NCBI GenBank assembly: GCA_038844785.1
Contig: JAWBRA010000018.1
Coordinates: 1 to 32,413, forward strand
Length of the DNA: 32,413 nucleotides
From: Candidatus Caldarchaeum sp.
GTDB taxonomy: Archaea > Thermoproteota > Nitrososphaeria_A > Caldarchaeales > Caldarchaeaceae
Direction of reading: 5' to 3'
Position 1 is the stretch's first letter, and every line of letters starts with the position of its first letter. Shown piece after piece: positions 8,683 through 17,251 of this stretch. A model generated the notes under the pieces. That model saw nothing but the letters and a program-made list of their open reading frames with translations, was not told where the DNA came from and ran no database searches. The position numbers and the translations under genes are program-made.

Positions 8683-10605
8683 ATGTCTAGAAAGGCCTCC
8701 ATTGCAGGCGAGGCGGGGTTTGTTGATTTCCTCATGGGGAACGAGGCCATTGCACGCGGAGCTTATGAGGCTGGTGTTTCAGTCGCCACAGGCTATCCCG
8801 GAACGCCGTCGTCGGAGATCATCGATAGCTTGCTGGAGGTTGCGGATGAGGCTGGGATTTATGTGGAGTGGTCGGTCAACGAGAAGGTTGCGATGGAGAT
8901 TGCGATGGCGGCGAGCTACTGCTGGGCCAGAGCTCTTTGCACAATGAAACACGTAGGCTTGAACGTTGCCCACGACGCTTTGATGAACGCATGCTATATG
9001 GGAGCTAGAGGCGGGTTTGTTGTCGTCTCGGCCGATGACCCCGGTGCGTGGAGCTCTCAAAACGAGCAGGACAACCGCTACACAGCCATGCAGGCTTACA
9101 TGCCTGTCTTCGAGCCGTCCGACCCTCAGGAAGCAAAGGAAATGACGGTCTACGCCTACCAGTTTTCAGAAACCTACGGCACGCCCGTAATGCTCAGAAC
9201 GGTCACAAGGGTCAACCATGCTACAGGTGTTGTAAAGTTTGGAGAAATACATCGTAGCGCTAGAAGGATAGTGTTTGAGAAGAGGCCCGACCTCCTCATC
9301 TACGACTCCGCTGGAGCCAGGAGGAACAGGCAAGCACTGCTGAAGAGGTTTGAAAAGGTGCAGGAGGCGGTTGAAAAGGTTCCGTTCAACAGGATTGAGC
9401 TCGCCTACGGGACGGGACAAGGTGTAGTTGCCTCTAGCGCCGCATACAACTATGTGTTGGAGGCGCTCAACATCCTAGGAGAACGCGGCCATGTCTCGGT
9501 TATGAAGCTGGGGACAACATACCCTCTGCCCAAAAACCTTCTAACACGGTTCCTGACATCCGTCGAGAGAGTGCTAGTAGTCGAGGAGGTTGAGCCGGTT
9601 ACCGAGATGATGCTCAAGAGCTTAGCCTATGACGCGGGGGTTGATGTCGTAATTCACGGCAAAGACCTTCTTCCCAGAGCAGGCGAGCTGACGCCTAGAG
9701 TGGTGTTGGAGGTTTTAGCGAAGTTTTTAGACGTCAGCCCGCCGGTCAGCTTCCAGGCAGCTGACAGGGCTCACAGCTTCTCCGAGACCATGCCACCCCC
9801 AAGACCGCCAACCCTTTGCCCAGGATGCCCCCACAGAGCCACTTACTACTCGGTCGCGACTGTTTCAAAACGCCTCAACAAAAACCCAAAACTCTATGGA
9901 CTGGAGAAACTCTACGGCGAAAATACTGAAACAATCTTTCCAGGCGACATAGGCTGCTACGGCCTAGCCTACCTACAGCCCTTCCAGACAATAGACACAA
10001 TCATCTGCATGGGAGCTGGGCTTGGCTTCGCCAACGGGCTTGCTAAACTCGTCCGACAGCCCATCGTCGTAAGCGTGGGCGACTCAACCTTCTTCCACGC
10101 CGCCATACCCGCACTCGTAAACGCAGTCCGCAACAGGTCTAGGCTTGTCGTCCTCGTGCTCGACAACGACGTTACAGCGATGACAGGAGAGCAGCCTCAT
10201 CCGGGCAGCAGCTGGGACAAAAAGAGTAGCTTCAAACAAGTTTTGATCGAGGATGTTGCGCGTGGCTGTGGCGTAGAGTTTGTAAGGGTCGTAGACCCGG
10301 GTGATTTTCAGCAGGCTCAAAAGACTCTTGTGGAAGCCCTCAAACATGACGGGCCTGCGGTTGTTGTTTTCCGCAGGCCTTGCGAACTTCTGCGTGTTAG
10401 GGAGATTGTTCGCGGCGGCGAGGTCATAACCCCCTACACGGTCGTTCCTGAAAAATGCACCGGATGCATGGTTTGCATCAACCAGTTTGCATGCCCTGCC
10501 ATCTACAGGGTTGGGAAGAAAGCGGCGATAGACCCTGCTGTTTGCACGGGCTGTGGAGACTGCGCCAAGATATGTATACCTAACGCGATAGTGAGGGTCG
10601 GCTAA
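8683..10605 (+). CDS. iorA: indolepyruvate:ferredoxin oxidoreductase alpha subunit
   Basis: GNEAIARG, GYPGTPSSEI, NEKVA, MKHVGLNVA, SSQNEQD, LCPGCPHR, GDIGCY, TPP-binding GDSTFFH..DNDVTAMTG and two C-terminal [4Fe-4S] motifs. Confidence 0.95.
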   Translation: MSRKASIAGEAGFVDFLMGNEAIARGAYEAGVSVATGYPGTPSSEIIDSLLEVADEAGIYVEWSVNEKVAMEIAMAASYCWARALCTMKHVGLNVAHDALMNACYMGARGGFVVVSADDPGAWSSQNEQDNRYTAMQAYMPVFEPSDPQEAKEMTVYAYQFSETYGTPVMLRTVTRVNHATGVVKFGEIHRSARRIVFEKRPDLLIYDSAGARRNRQALLKRFEKVQEAVEKVPFNRIELAYGTGQGVVASSAAYNYVLEALNILGERGHVSVMKLGTTYPLPKNLLTRFLTSVERVLVVEEVEPVTEMMLKSLAYDAGVDVVIHGKDLLPRAGELTPRVVLEVLAKFLDVSPPVSFQAADRAHSFSETMPPPRPPTLCPGCPHRATYYSVATVSKRLNKNPKLYGLEKLYGENTETIFPGDIGCYGLAYLQPFQTIDTIICMGAGLGFANGLAKLVRQPIVVSVGDSTFFHAAIPALVNAVRNRSRLVVLVLDNDVTAMTGEQPHPGSSWDKKSSFKQVLIEDVARGCGVEFVRVVDPGDFQQAQKTLVEALKHDGPAVVVFRRPCELLRVREIVRGGEVITPYTVVPEKCTGCMVCINQFACPAIYRVGKKAAIDPAVCTGCGDCAKICIPNAIVRVG

Positions 10606-10607
10606 CC

Positions 10608-11240
10608 ATGAACAAGGTGGAGATAATCATAGCTGGGGTCGGTGGTCAGGGGACTATGTTGGCTGCTAGGGTTCTGGGCAGGGCGGCCTGCAGCGCCGGG
10701 TTGAAGGCGGTCGGAGCTGAGCTGCTCGGCCTGTCTCAGAGAGGAGGGGCTGTAGTCAGCCATGTTAGGATAGGTGATGATGTTTACTCGCCGGTTGTGA
10801 TGGAGGGGTCGGCGGACATACTTCTGGGGTTTGAGCCTTCCGAAGCTGTGAGAAGACTTCCCTACGTCTCAACCAAGGGTCTTATAATAGTCAACACAGC
10901 GCCGTTTGTTCCGCCTTCGGTGTCGATGGGCTTAGCCAGCTATCCCAGCCTCGAACAATTACTGGAAACCCTCAGCAGCCATGCAGCTACTGTTCCGTTA
11001 AACGCCAAGGAACTAGCCATGAGGTCAGGAAACCCTATCACGTTAAACGCCGTCATGCTGGGCGCTCTCGCGGCAACAGGCAAGCTACCTTTCAGCAGAG
11101 ATGTTCTGTCGAAAACCCTTGCGGCCAGCGTGCCGGAGAAGCTTTCTGACGTAAACTTGAAAGCGTTTAACCTAGGGTACGAGGCTTATCTATCCGCTGC
11201 GGCTAGGACCATTGCCGGAAGCCACGCCAGACAGCCTTGA
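10608..11240 (+). CDS. iorB: indolepyruvate:ferredoxin oxidoreductase beta subunit
   Basis: GVGGQG, GLSQRGGAVVSHVR, EPSEAVR, NAVMLGAL and NLKAF; starts 2 nt after iorA. Confidence 0.93.
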   Translation: MNKVEIIIAGVGGQGTMLAARVLGRAACSAGLKAVGAELLGLSQRGGAVVSHVRIGDDVYSPVVMEGSADILLGFEPSEAVRRLPYVSTKGLIIVNTAPFVPPSVSMGLASYPSLEQLLETLSSHAATVPLNAKELAMRSGNPITLNAVMLGALAATGKLPFSRDVLSKTLAASVPEKLSDVNLKAFNLGYEAYLSAAARTIAGSHARQP

Positions 11241-11296
11241 CTTCGGTCGCAAGCTTTCCGGAGGACGGAGGTTTTGCCACGGCTTAGGCTGGCTGC

Positions 11297-11548
11297 TTAC
11301 CTGGCCTCCAGCCTCCCCTCTATCAGGCTGACTATTTCGTCGACGTTTGGAAAACGGCGCTCTTGATGTCTTGAAAAAACCTTTGCCCCATCGATGTAAA
11401 CCTCGAAGGTCCCCCCGTCGGAGGTGTCCAGCGTCACCGAGAAGTTTTTGTTAAGCCTCTGTCCATAACGGCTTAACAGTTCTTTAGCAAGCTCCATGGC
11501 TTTGGGTAGGTGGCCGCATGGAACACAATAAGTAATTTTTACGTTCAT
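11297..11548 (-). CDS. Rdx (SelT/SelW/SelH) family thioredoxin-like protein, Cys form
   Basis: ITYCVPCGH, GGTFEV.IDG..VFSR...RRFP. Confidence 0.88.
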   Translation of the reverse strand: MNVKITYCVPCGHLPKAMELAKELLSRYGQRLNKNFSVTLDTSDGGTFEVYIDGAKVFSRHQERRFPNVDEIVSLIEGRLEAR

Positions 11549-11613
11549 GTATCAACGCGGAAAACAGCGGAATTTAGCGTTTCTTTAAATACGCAGAATG
11601 GGAACGTTACGTC

Positions 11614-12672
11614 TCAGAACAACGTCATCGAGCCTGTCGGAAGTTTTTCCCCGACATACCTACCTCTAACAGGTATGTTGTATCCGCATCTGGGGCATTT
11701 GCCGTCGTCAAGCCTGTAGTAAACGACTCTGCACCACCTTCTCGATATCAGGAGTTTATTGCAGCGTGGGCAGCGTGTGTCTTCAAAGCCTTCACACCCC
11801 ACGTTTCCTACATAAACATATTCGATGCCCATCTTAATCGCCTTCTGCCTAACTTCAAGCAGCTTTTTGACAGGCGTCTCAGGCTCGCGCCAAACATGGG
11901 CGGGAAAGTATCGGTTTATGTGGAGTGGTGTGCTCGCTCCCAGCGTGTCCAAGTGTTTGCCCAGTATCCAGTCAACACACTCCTCGTCGTCGTTGAAGCC
12001 TGTTACAATCAGGTAAACCATCTCAACGTGTCCGCCAAGGTCTATGATGGTTCTACAATTTCTGAAAACTTTTGAATGGTCTATTGAGGCTATGGCGCGA
12101 CGAGATTTGGGGCAGCCTTTTATGTCTACGCTGAACCCATCCGCCCCAGCCTCGACCAGCTTCCTCACAGCATCGTCAGTGAAGTAGCCGTTCGTCACAA
12201 CCGTGCCATACAATCCCATGCGTCGTCCAAGCTCAAACACATCCAGAAGGTAGTCGAAGAGGACTGCGGGCTCGTTGAAGCTTGCACAGAGACCCTCGTC
12301 ATTCTGTTTGATGGCTTCTTCGACAAGCATTTCAGGCGGTGTTTTCGGATGGGTTGAAGATGGTTTTGAAAAGCTTAGGTGATGGTTCTGACACCAAGGG
12401 CAGTAGAAGTTGCATCCGAAGCCTGAAAACGTGAGTGCTGTGCTGTTGGGCCAGTATTGGAACAAGGGCTTAATCTCTATCGGCCTACTCTCGACAGCGC
12501 TGACAACCCCATAACCTGTGTGAAAAAGCTCACCGTCTAGGTTGAGATAGCCACCGCAGGGCCCAGCCTTTCCAGGCCCCAACATGCATCTCCTCTCGCA
12601 GACTAAACACTCAACTTCCCCGTCCAGCTTTCGCCACAGCCTCGCAACCCTCATCCAAAAATAAATCATCAA
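11614..12672 (-). CDS. amrS: AmmeMemoRadiSam-type radical SAM enzyme (PFL-activase-like)
   Basis: CLVCERRC...GPC, PIEIKPLF, GCNFYCPWCQN (CxxxCxxC), NEP, TNGY, YVYVGNV and C-terminal CPRC..CPRC. The start may be the Met of MRVARLW. Confidence 0.85.
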   Translation of the reverse strand: MMIYFWMRVARLWRKLDGEVECLVCERRCMLGPGKAGPCGGYLNLDGELFHTGYGVVSAVESRPIEIKPLFQYWPNSTALTFSGFGCNFYCPWCQNHHLSFSKPSSTHPKTPPEMLVEEAIKQNDEGLCASFNEPAVLFDYLLDVFELGRRMGLYGTVVTNGYFTDDAVRKLVEAGADGFSVDIKGCPKSRRAIASIDHSKVFRNCRTIIDLGGHVEMVYLIVTGFNDDEECVDWILGKHLDTLGASTPLHINRYFPAHVWREPETPVKKLLEVRQKAIKMGIEYVYVGNVGCEGFEDTRCPRCNKLLISRRWCRVVYYRLDDGKCPRCGYNIPVRGRYVGEKLPTGSMTLF

Positions 12673-12713
12673 AACTGTTTTAAAGGTTAACCATTATTTT
12701 CGTCGGAGTAATT

Positions 12714-12995
12714 GTGGTGGTGCTGGCCGTCGCCGGGTTTTTCGCGTACACCAACTTTACAAGGCCGCCTGAAAAAGTCGCCATAAGCATAGCAACGGGC
12801 GGTGTGGGAGGAGTCTACAACCCCTTGGGCGGTGCTTTTGCATCGTTGTGGACCAAGCATCTCGGGCCGAGGGTTACAGTTACCGCCGAGACAACTACAG
12901 CCTCCGTGGATAATCTTGTTGATGAAGACAAGCCTGTGAGCCTCCTCGGCAGATATGCAGTCGCCGGTGAACAGCAGAAATCTGGCCCAGTATAA
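12714..12995 (+). pseudogene. N-terminal fragment of a TAXI-family TRAP transporter solute-binding protein
   Basis: TM/signal followed by ISIATGGVGGVYNPLGGAFA...AETTTASVDNL. Similarity ends after ~70 aa (full proteins are ~320 aa), just before the IS6 end at 13016. Confidence 0.75.
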
Positions 12996-13015
12996 AACAG
13001 AGAGGGGACAGGAGT

Positions 13016-13070
13016 GGGACTGTCAACTTAAGGTCTATGGCCTGCGTCTTCCCTTTCGTTGGTGGTGGAT
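13016..13070 (-). mobile_element. IS6-family end (TIR plus last codons of a transposase), degenerate
   Basis: GGGACTGTCAACTT (13016-13029) is 13/14 identical to GGCACTGTCAACTT at 32292. Both are followed by AAGG(T/C)CTATGGCCTG. The minus strand reads KGKTQAIDLKLT, like a transposase GxTPxQAxG tail. Confidence 0.6.
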
Positions 13071-13139
13071 AGAGTTGGGGTCGGCCTAGGCCGTCTTGTA
13101 GGTTTCTTCTGTGATACGAATGTCTTAGGACTCCTCCTT

Positions 13140-13282
13140 AGGTTAGGGCTTTTAGTGTTGGGCTATATGTTGAGGGGTTCAGGAGGGTGGCGGGGATGTC
13201 ATGCGTGCTAGTATTAAGCCATGTGTCTGTCTGGGGTTGGTTCCATATATTATCAGGAGGGCTTATGTATGGGTTGTATTCC
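13140..13282 (+). promoter_or_regulatory. putative CRISPR leader
   Basis: Non-coding region directly 5' of repeat 1, with a TATA-like CATATATTAT at ~13244-13253, about 30-40 nt upstream of the first repeat. Confidence 0.5.
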
Positions 13283-13452
13283 GTGATCCCGCAAGAGGGA
13301 ATTGAAAGGACAGCTATGCCATCGTCATTTATCTCTAGTGTGAAACTATCTGTGTGATCCCGCGAGAGGGAATTGAAAGTTAAACTTCCTTAAACCCCGT
13401 AATGCCAGTCTTGTCGCTGGTTCTGGGCGATCCCGCGAGAGGGGATTGAAAG
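13283..13452 (+). CRISPR. orphan CRISPR mini-array: 3 repeats (26 nt, GYGATCCCGCRAGAGGGRATTGAAAG) and 2 spacers (45 and 47 nt)
   Basis: Repeats at 13283-13308, 13354-13379 and 13427-13452. The 3' ATTGAAAG end is typical of archaeal type I/III arrays, and there is an internal TCCC...GGGA hairpin. No cas genes in the window. Confidence 0.88.
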
Positions 13453-13699
13453 TTATTGTTGGTGTCGCTGTGGGCTCTTTCGCAAGCTTGGACGGGAGGA
13501 GGATAGAGGTTGGGATTAGGGTTGGGAGTGACTCTATCCAGATCTAGAGGAGGGTTGTAGATGGGTTACAGGGGATGGGGTTGGATAAGAGTTACGGCTA
13601 CAGACGGATGGCCATCTCATCATGTCTAGGTTATGAGATAACATGGTCAAGGCATACCCACACAACAGATCCACAGAAACACCACCACAAAACCATGAA

Positions 13700-13994
13700 G
13701 AATAAAGAGGCTCCCAGGATTCAGGAGGGTGTAGTGTATTCCTATCCCTTGTGGGTGAGTCTGCTGTCATGTTAAAGGCCTTTTGGCATTGTCTTGAGCA
13801 TCGTAGGTACAGGTTTGGAGAATGGATATGGAGGGGCTGTACAGATATAGGACGGAAGGCTTCGACGACCATCTCCCATGCGGGAAGAAATCATGTCTGG
13901 AGACGGCTAAACACCATCCACATACCCAGCCAGAAACACCACACCCGACGAATAGCACAAAAAGGTGATGAAGGTGGCTTAAGTTAAGAGAGCC
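13700..13994 (+). mobile_element. internally deleted and frameshifted IS6-family transposase remnant with right TIR
   Basis: Frames read VFLSLVG..HVKGLLALS*AS*VQVWR (N-terminal HTH-like) and RTEGFDDHLPCGKKSC / HVWRRLN (~13849-13915), resembling the KDRTExFDDYFPC...HVxxWL tail of archaeal IS6 transposases. The TIR at 13981-13994 reverse-complements to GGCTCTCTTAACTT (11/14 to 32292). Confidence 0.6.
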
Positions 13995-14043
13995 GGCTGT
14001 ATCTGTCGAAACAGTAATCTACTGCCTTTTACCCCGGTTTTTC

Positions 14044-14460
14044 ATGGATTATAGATGGTTCCTGGTTGTGCTGCTTGCGCTGGCTGTATGGGGTGTCTGG
14101 GGTGTTGTGACAAGGTTGGCGGCAGCCTCCATGGGTTGGCGTGACACCACAGCGGTGGCCGCCTTAGGTCATATGGCTATCGCCGTCACATACATAGTCC
14201 TCTCCCGCGCAACCATAACACCTCAAGGGTCTGCGTGGTTTCTTGCCCTGCTGGCCGGAGGCCTAGGTTTTCTAGGCGCTCTGTTCTTCTACATAGCGCT
14301 CGAGCTGAATCCATCCTCCATAGTTGTTGTAGCAACATCCCTATACCCGCTTGTGACCCTGACGTTATCCATGCTGTTTCTCGGAGAAATTCTTAGCATA
14401 CGCCAGGCTGCTGGCGTGGCTTGCGCCATAATAGCCCTCATCCTAATCTCCAGCCGCTGA
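14044..14460 (+). CDS. EamA/DMT family small transporter (single domain, 5 TM)
   Basis: ALAVWGVWG; ALE..PSSIV...SLYPLVT..LS..FLGE.LS..Q..G. Confidence 0.85.
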   Translation: MDYRWFLVVLLALAVWGVWGVVTRLAAASMGWRDTTAVAALGHMAIAVTYIVLSRATITPQGSAWFLALLAGGLGFLGALFFYIALELNPSSIVVVATSLYPLVTLTLSMLFLGEILSIRQAAGVACAIIALILISSR

Positions 14461-14557
14461 AAAAACCAGTTTCTCCACTGTTCAGCAAACCAGTACAGCC
14501 CTGAAGCTCTTTGTTCTACTTTCTAGACTTAATTTGTAGAGCAACTAATTCTGCCAC

Positions 14558-15322
14558 ATGGTGAGGATGATGGAGAAACAATCCCTCGTTTTTCTGGCTG
14601 TTTCGACAGCTCTAGCGGTGCTCGCCGTCTCATTAGCTGCAGTTGTTCTATCCGAGAACAGGCTTATGCAAAACGAGAACATAACAACAACCGGCGAGGA
14701 CGTGCTAACCGTTACAGGCTATGCGCAGGTTACAGTTACACCCGACCAGCTGACTATCTTGTTCACGGTTGAGGAGAGAGCATCTACTCCGGCAGAAGCT
14801 TTGGCACGTCTCACAACAGCTTCGCAGAACGTTGTGTCAACCCTTCTGAAGCAAGGGTTGAAGCCTGAAGAGGTGAAGACGGTGGGGCTGAACATATTTC
14901 CTGAGTATGTTTACAGGGAGGGGCAGCCGCCGCAGATAGTTGGGTACATAGCCTCCTACACGATTGAAGCTAAGACGGGGAAGATTGGTGAAGCGGGGTC
15001 TTTGATTGAAGCAGCAGTCAACGCTGGAGCAGACTATGTGAGCGGTTTGTATTTCAGCCTTTCGACGGAGAAACAACAGGAGGTTTACAGACAGCTGCTG
15101 TCTGCCGCGGTCTCCGACGCTGGGATGAAGGCCAACGCTATCCTCACACCCCTCGGCCTTAAAACAGTGAGGGTGAAGTCTGTCTCCGTCTCAGAGTCGA
15201 CGGCGACGCCTGTAGCTAGAGCTGCTCCCGCCCAGAGCGGGGCTGGCGGACCGCCCATATTGCCCGGTACAGCGACCGTCAGCGTCTCGGTAAACATAGT
15301 GTACGCTATAGGCCCCCGCTAG
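14558..15322 (+). CDS. SIMPL (DUF541) domain protein, membrane-anchored
   Basis: N-terminal TM; LTVTGYAQVTVTPD, IFPEY, GYIAS, AVNAGA..V.GLYFSLS, AVSDA..KA, PILPGT..VSVSV..VY. Confidence 0.9.
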   Translation: MVRMMEKQSLVFLAVSTALAVLAVSLAAVVLSENRLMQNENITTTGEDVLTVTGYAQVTVTPDQLTILFTVEERASTPAEALARLTTASQNVVSTLLKQGLKPEEVKTVGLNIFPEYVYREGQPPQIVGYIASYTIEAKTGKIGEAGSLIEAAVNAGADYVSGLYFSLSTEKQQEVYRQLLSAAVSDAGMKANAILTPLGLKTVRVKSVSVSESTATPVARAAPAQSGAGGPPILPGTATVSVSVNIVYAIGPR

Positions 15323-15364
15323 ACACAACATTCAACTACGTTTTTTTCTTGGTTTTTCACCGGG

Positions 15365-16225
15365 TTGTCGATGGGTAGGTTTTTCTACGTCGTCCAAGGG
15401 GCTGGAGCTGGCTTTCTCTTCGGAACAGCTTCAATTTTCGTCCGCTTCCTCTACTCGATGGACGCCTTCTCGATAGCTTTCTTCAGAGTTTTGATCGCAG
15501 GGCTACTGATTAGCTCGGCTGGGTTAATCATCCGTCGCCGCAACCTACTCCAGCAGATGCTGAGGTTTTTCGCCGTTCTCCCTGCCCTAGGCATACTTCT
15601 CGGTCTTCACTTCATCTTCTTCATCTCAGCCATCAAAACCACCGCTGTTGTAAACGCGACAACCTTGGTGAACACCACCCCCGCAATCGCGTTGATCGTC
15701 GGCTGGGCACTGGGGTGGATAAAGCCCTCAAGCCTAAACCTTTTCGGCCTCCTCCTCACGATTGCCGGGGCTGTTTCTATGACGGCCGGAGAGTTCTCGC
15801 TCAACCCACAGAACGTTTTGGGAGATTTCTACGCGGTCCTAGGCGCTTTAGCGTGGGCCCTCTACTTGGTTGTAGGGAAAAGGGTTCGGGAGGAGGCTGA
15901 AATAGTCGTGGTCATGGGCCCGATATATCTCTGGACGGCTCTTGCAACAGGTGTTACGGGTTTGTTGTCGGGAGGCTTGACGCAGCCCCGACCTGAGGAG
16001 CTGTATCCCCTCACAGCCTTAGCGATACTACCCACAGTGCTTGGACACTCGCTTCAGTTTTCCTCCCTGAAAGGTCTCCACCCCTACGAGGCCTCCGCCC
16101 TGGCTTTGCTCGAACCCGTAGTCGCAACCATTCTCGCAGCCGTCGTCTTGTCAGAGGTTGTAGAGCCTGGGTTTTACTTGAGCGCTGCCGTAGTGATAGC
16201 TGGAATTTATCTTGTCATGAGGTAG
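15365..16225 (+). CDS. DMT/EamA family transporter (two domains, 10 TM)
   Basis: FGTASIFVR, IAFFR, GDFYAVLGAL.WA.Y, PTVLGH, LLEPVVATILA...LSE. Confidence 0.9.
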   Translation: MSMGRFFYVVQGAGAGFLFGTASIFVRFLYSMDAFSIAFFRVLIAGLLISSAGLIIRRRNLLQQMLRFFAVLPALGILLGLHFIFFISAIKTTAVVNATTLVNTTPAIALIVGWALGWIKPSSLNLFGLLLTIAGAVSMTAGEFSLNPQNVLGDFYAVLGALAWALYLVVGKRVREEAEIVVVMGPIYLWTALATGVTGLLSGGLTQPRPEELYPLTALAILPTVLGHSLQFSSLKGLHPYEASALALLEPVVATILAAVVLSEVVEPGFYLSAAVVIAGIYLVMR

Positions 16226-17157
16226 TCGAGAACCGCTTTGGCGGCTGCTGCATCCTGCACCGCTAAGCCGACGCTCTTGAACATTGTTATCTCACGGTTG
16301 TCCTCTCTGCCGGGCTTCAATCCTGCTACTATCTCCCCTATCTCTGCATGGATGTGTTGGAATGAGATGAGACCCATCTCTATCGGCTTGAGCACGTCGC
16401 CCGCCTCCTCTTTTACTGCTTCACGCGAGTCAACCACCAGCTTGGACTTCGCCGTGAGCTTCGGGTCTATCTCAACCATCTCCGGTGTGTAGCCTCCGAT
16501 GGCGGAGATATGTGTTCCTTCCCTCACCCATTCCTCCATCACCACAGGTGTTTTAGAGGTTGTCACAGTTATCACGATGTCGGAGTCTTTAACCATCTCC
16601 ATGCTAGACCCGGCTGTTTTGACCTCTATCCCCTCCCTCCCCATCTGCTCGCTGAAAGACCTCATACGGCTGGCGTCTATGTCGAAGGCGGTAAACTTCA
16701 TTCCGGGAAACATGTCGTGCATAACGCGGACCTGCCATCCAGCTTGGTATCCGCATCCAACCACGCCAACTTTTGAAGCATCGCTCCTCGCCAGATATTT
16801 TACCGACACCGCTGTGGCCGCTGCAGTTCTAAGCCCTGTCAAAGCCCTTGCCTCAGCCACGAGCTTCACAACACCTGTCCCCGCGTCGAGAACAAGCACA
16901 GTGGCGTTGATCGTTGGAAGACCCTTCTCCAAGTTTCCCGGATAGACTGATACAAGCTTTAGGCTGAAAATGTCCATCGACGGAACATAGCAGGGCATCA
17001 TCAATATGTCGCCGCCTTTCTCCCTCGCCTGTATCCGCGACCTCACCGGCATAACAACCTTGCCTAAGCTGTAAAGCCTGTAAGCCTCCTCAACCGCTTC
17101 AACAACCTTACGAGGCTCGGCGATCCGAATTAAATCCTCGTCAGCCAAGTATCTCAT
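16207..17157 (-). CDS. ornithine cyclodeaminase/mu-crystallin family protein (archaeal alanine-dehydrogenase-like)
   Basis: MP..., KLVSVYPGN...GLPTI, LTGLRTAAA, GCGYQA, GTHISAIG, FKSVGLAVQDAAAA. Confidence 0.92.
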   Translation of the reverse strand: MRYLADEDLIRIAEPRKVVEAVEEAYRLYSLGKVVMPVRSRIQAREKGGDILMMPCYVPSMDIFSLKLVSVYPGNLEKGLPTINATVLVLDAGTGVVKLVAEARALTGLRTAAATAVSVKYLARSDASKVGVVGCGYQAGWQVRVMHDMFPGMKFTAFDIDASRMRSFSEQMGREGIEVKTAGSSMEMVKDSDIVITVTTSKTPVVMEEWVREGTHISAIGGYTPEMVEIDPKLTAKSKLVVDSREAVKEEAGDVLKPIEMGLISFQHIHAEIGEIVAGLKPGREDNREITMFKSVGLAVQDAAAAKAVLDYLMTR

Positions 17158-17251
17158 GACAAATGTTTCACGGAGGATAGCCGTTTAAGTCTTTCTATGT
17201 TCAAACCGTGAAAAATGCTTTATTAACCGTCGCCGAGGCCTGTATGCCGGA

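Noticed and set aside
11297-11548. Possible selenoprotein (SelW-like)
   Set aside because: The motif is CxxC with ordinary Cys codons; there is no in-frame TGA.
13453-13530. Fourth degenerate CRISPR repeat
   Set aside because: A spacer-like trailer is followed by G-rich sequence with no GATCCC or ATTGAAAG core.
13534-13987. Short ORFs 13534-13872, 13575-13775, 13751-13987 and 13767-13958 as cas or anti-CRISPR genes
   Set aside because: No Cas motifs; the plus-strand pieces are better explained as frameshifted IS6 transposase debris.
13008-14002. Target-site duplication around the IS6/CRISPR block
   Set aside because: The flanks ACAGGAGT and GGCTGTAT do not match, so a clean single insertion cannot be claimed.
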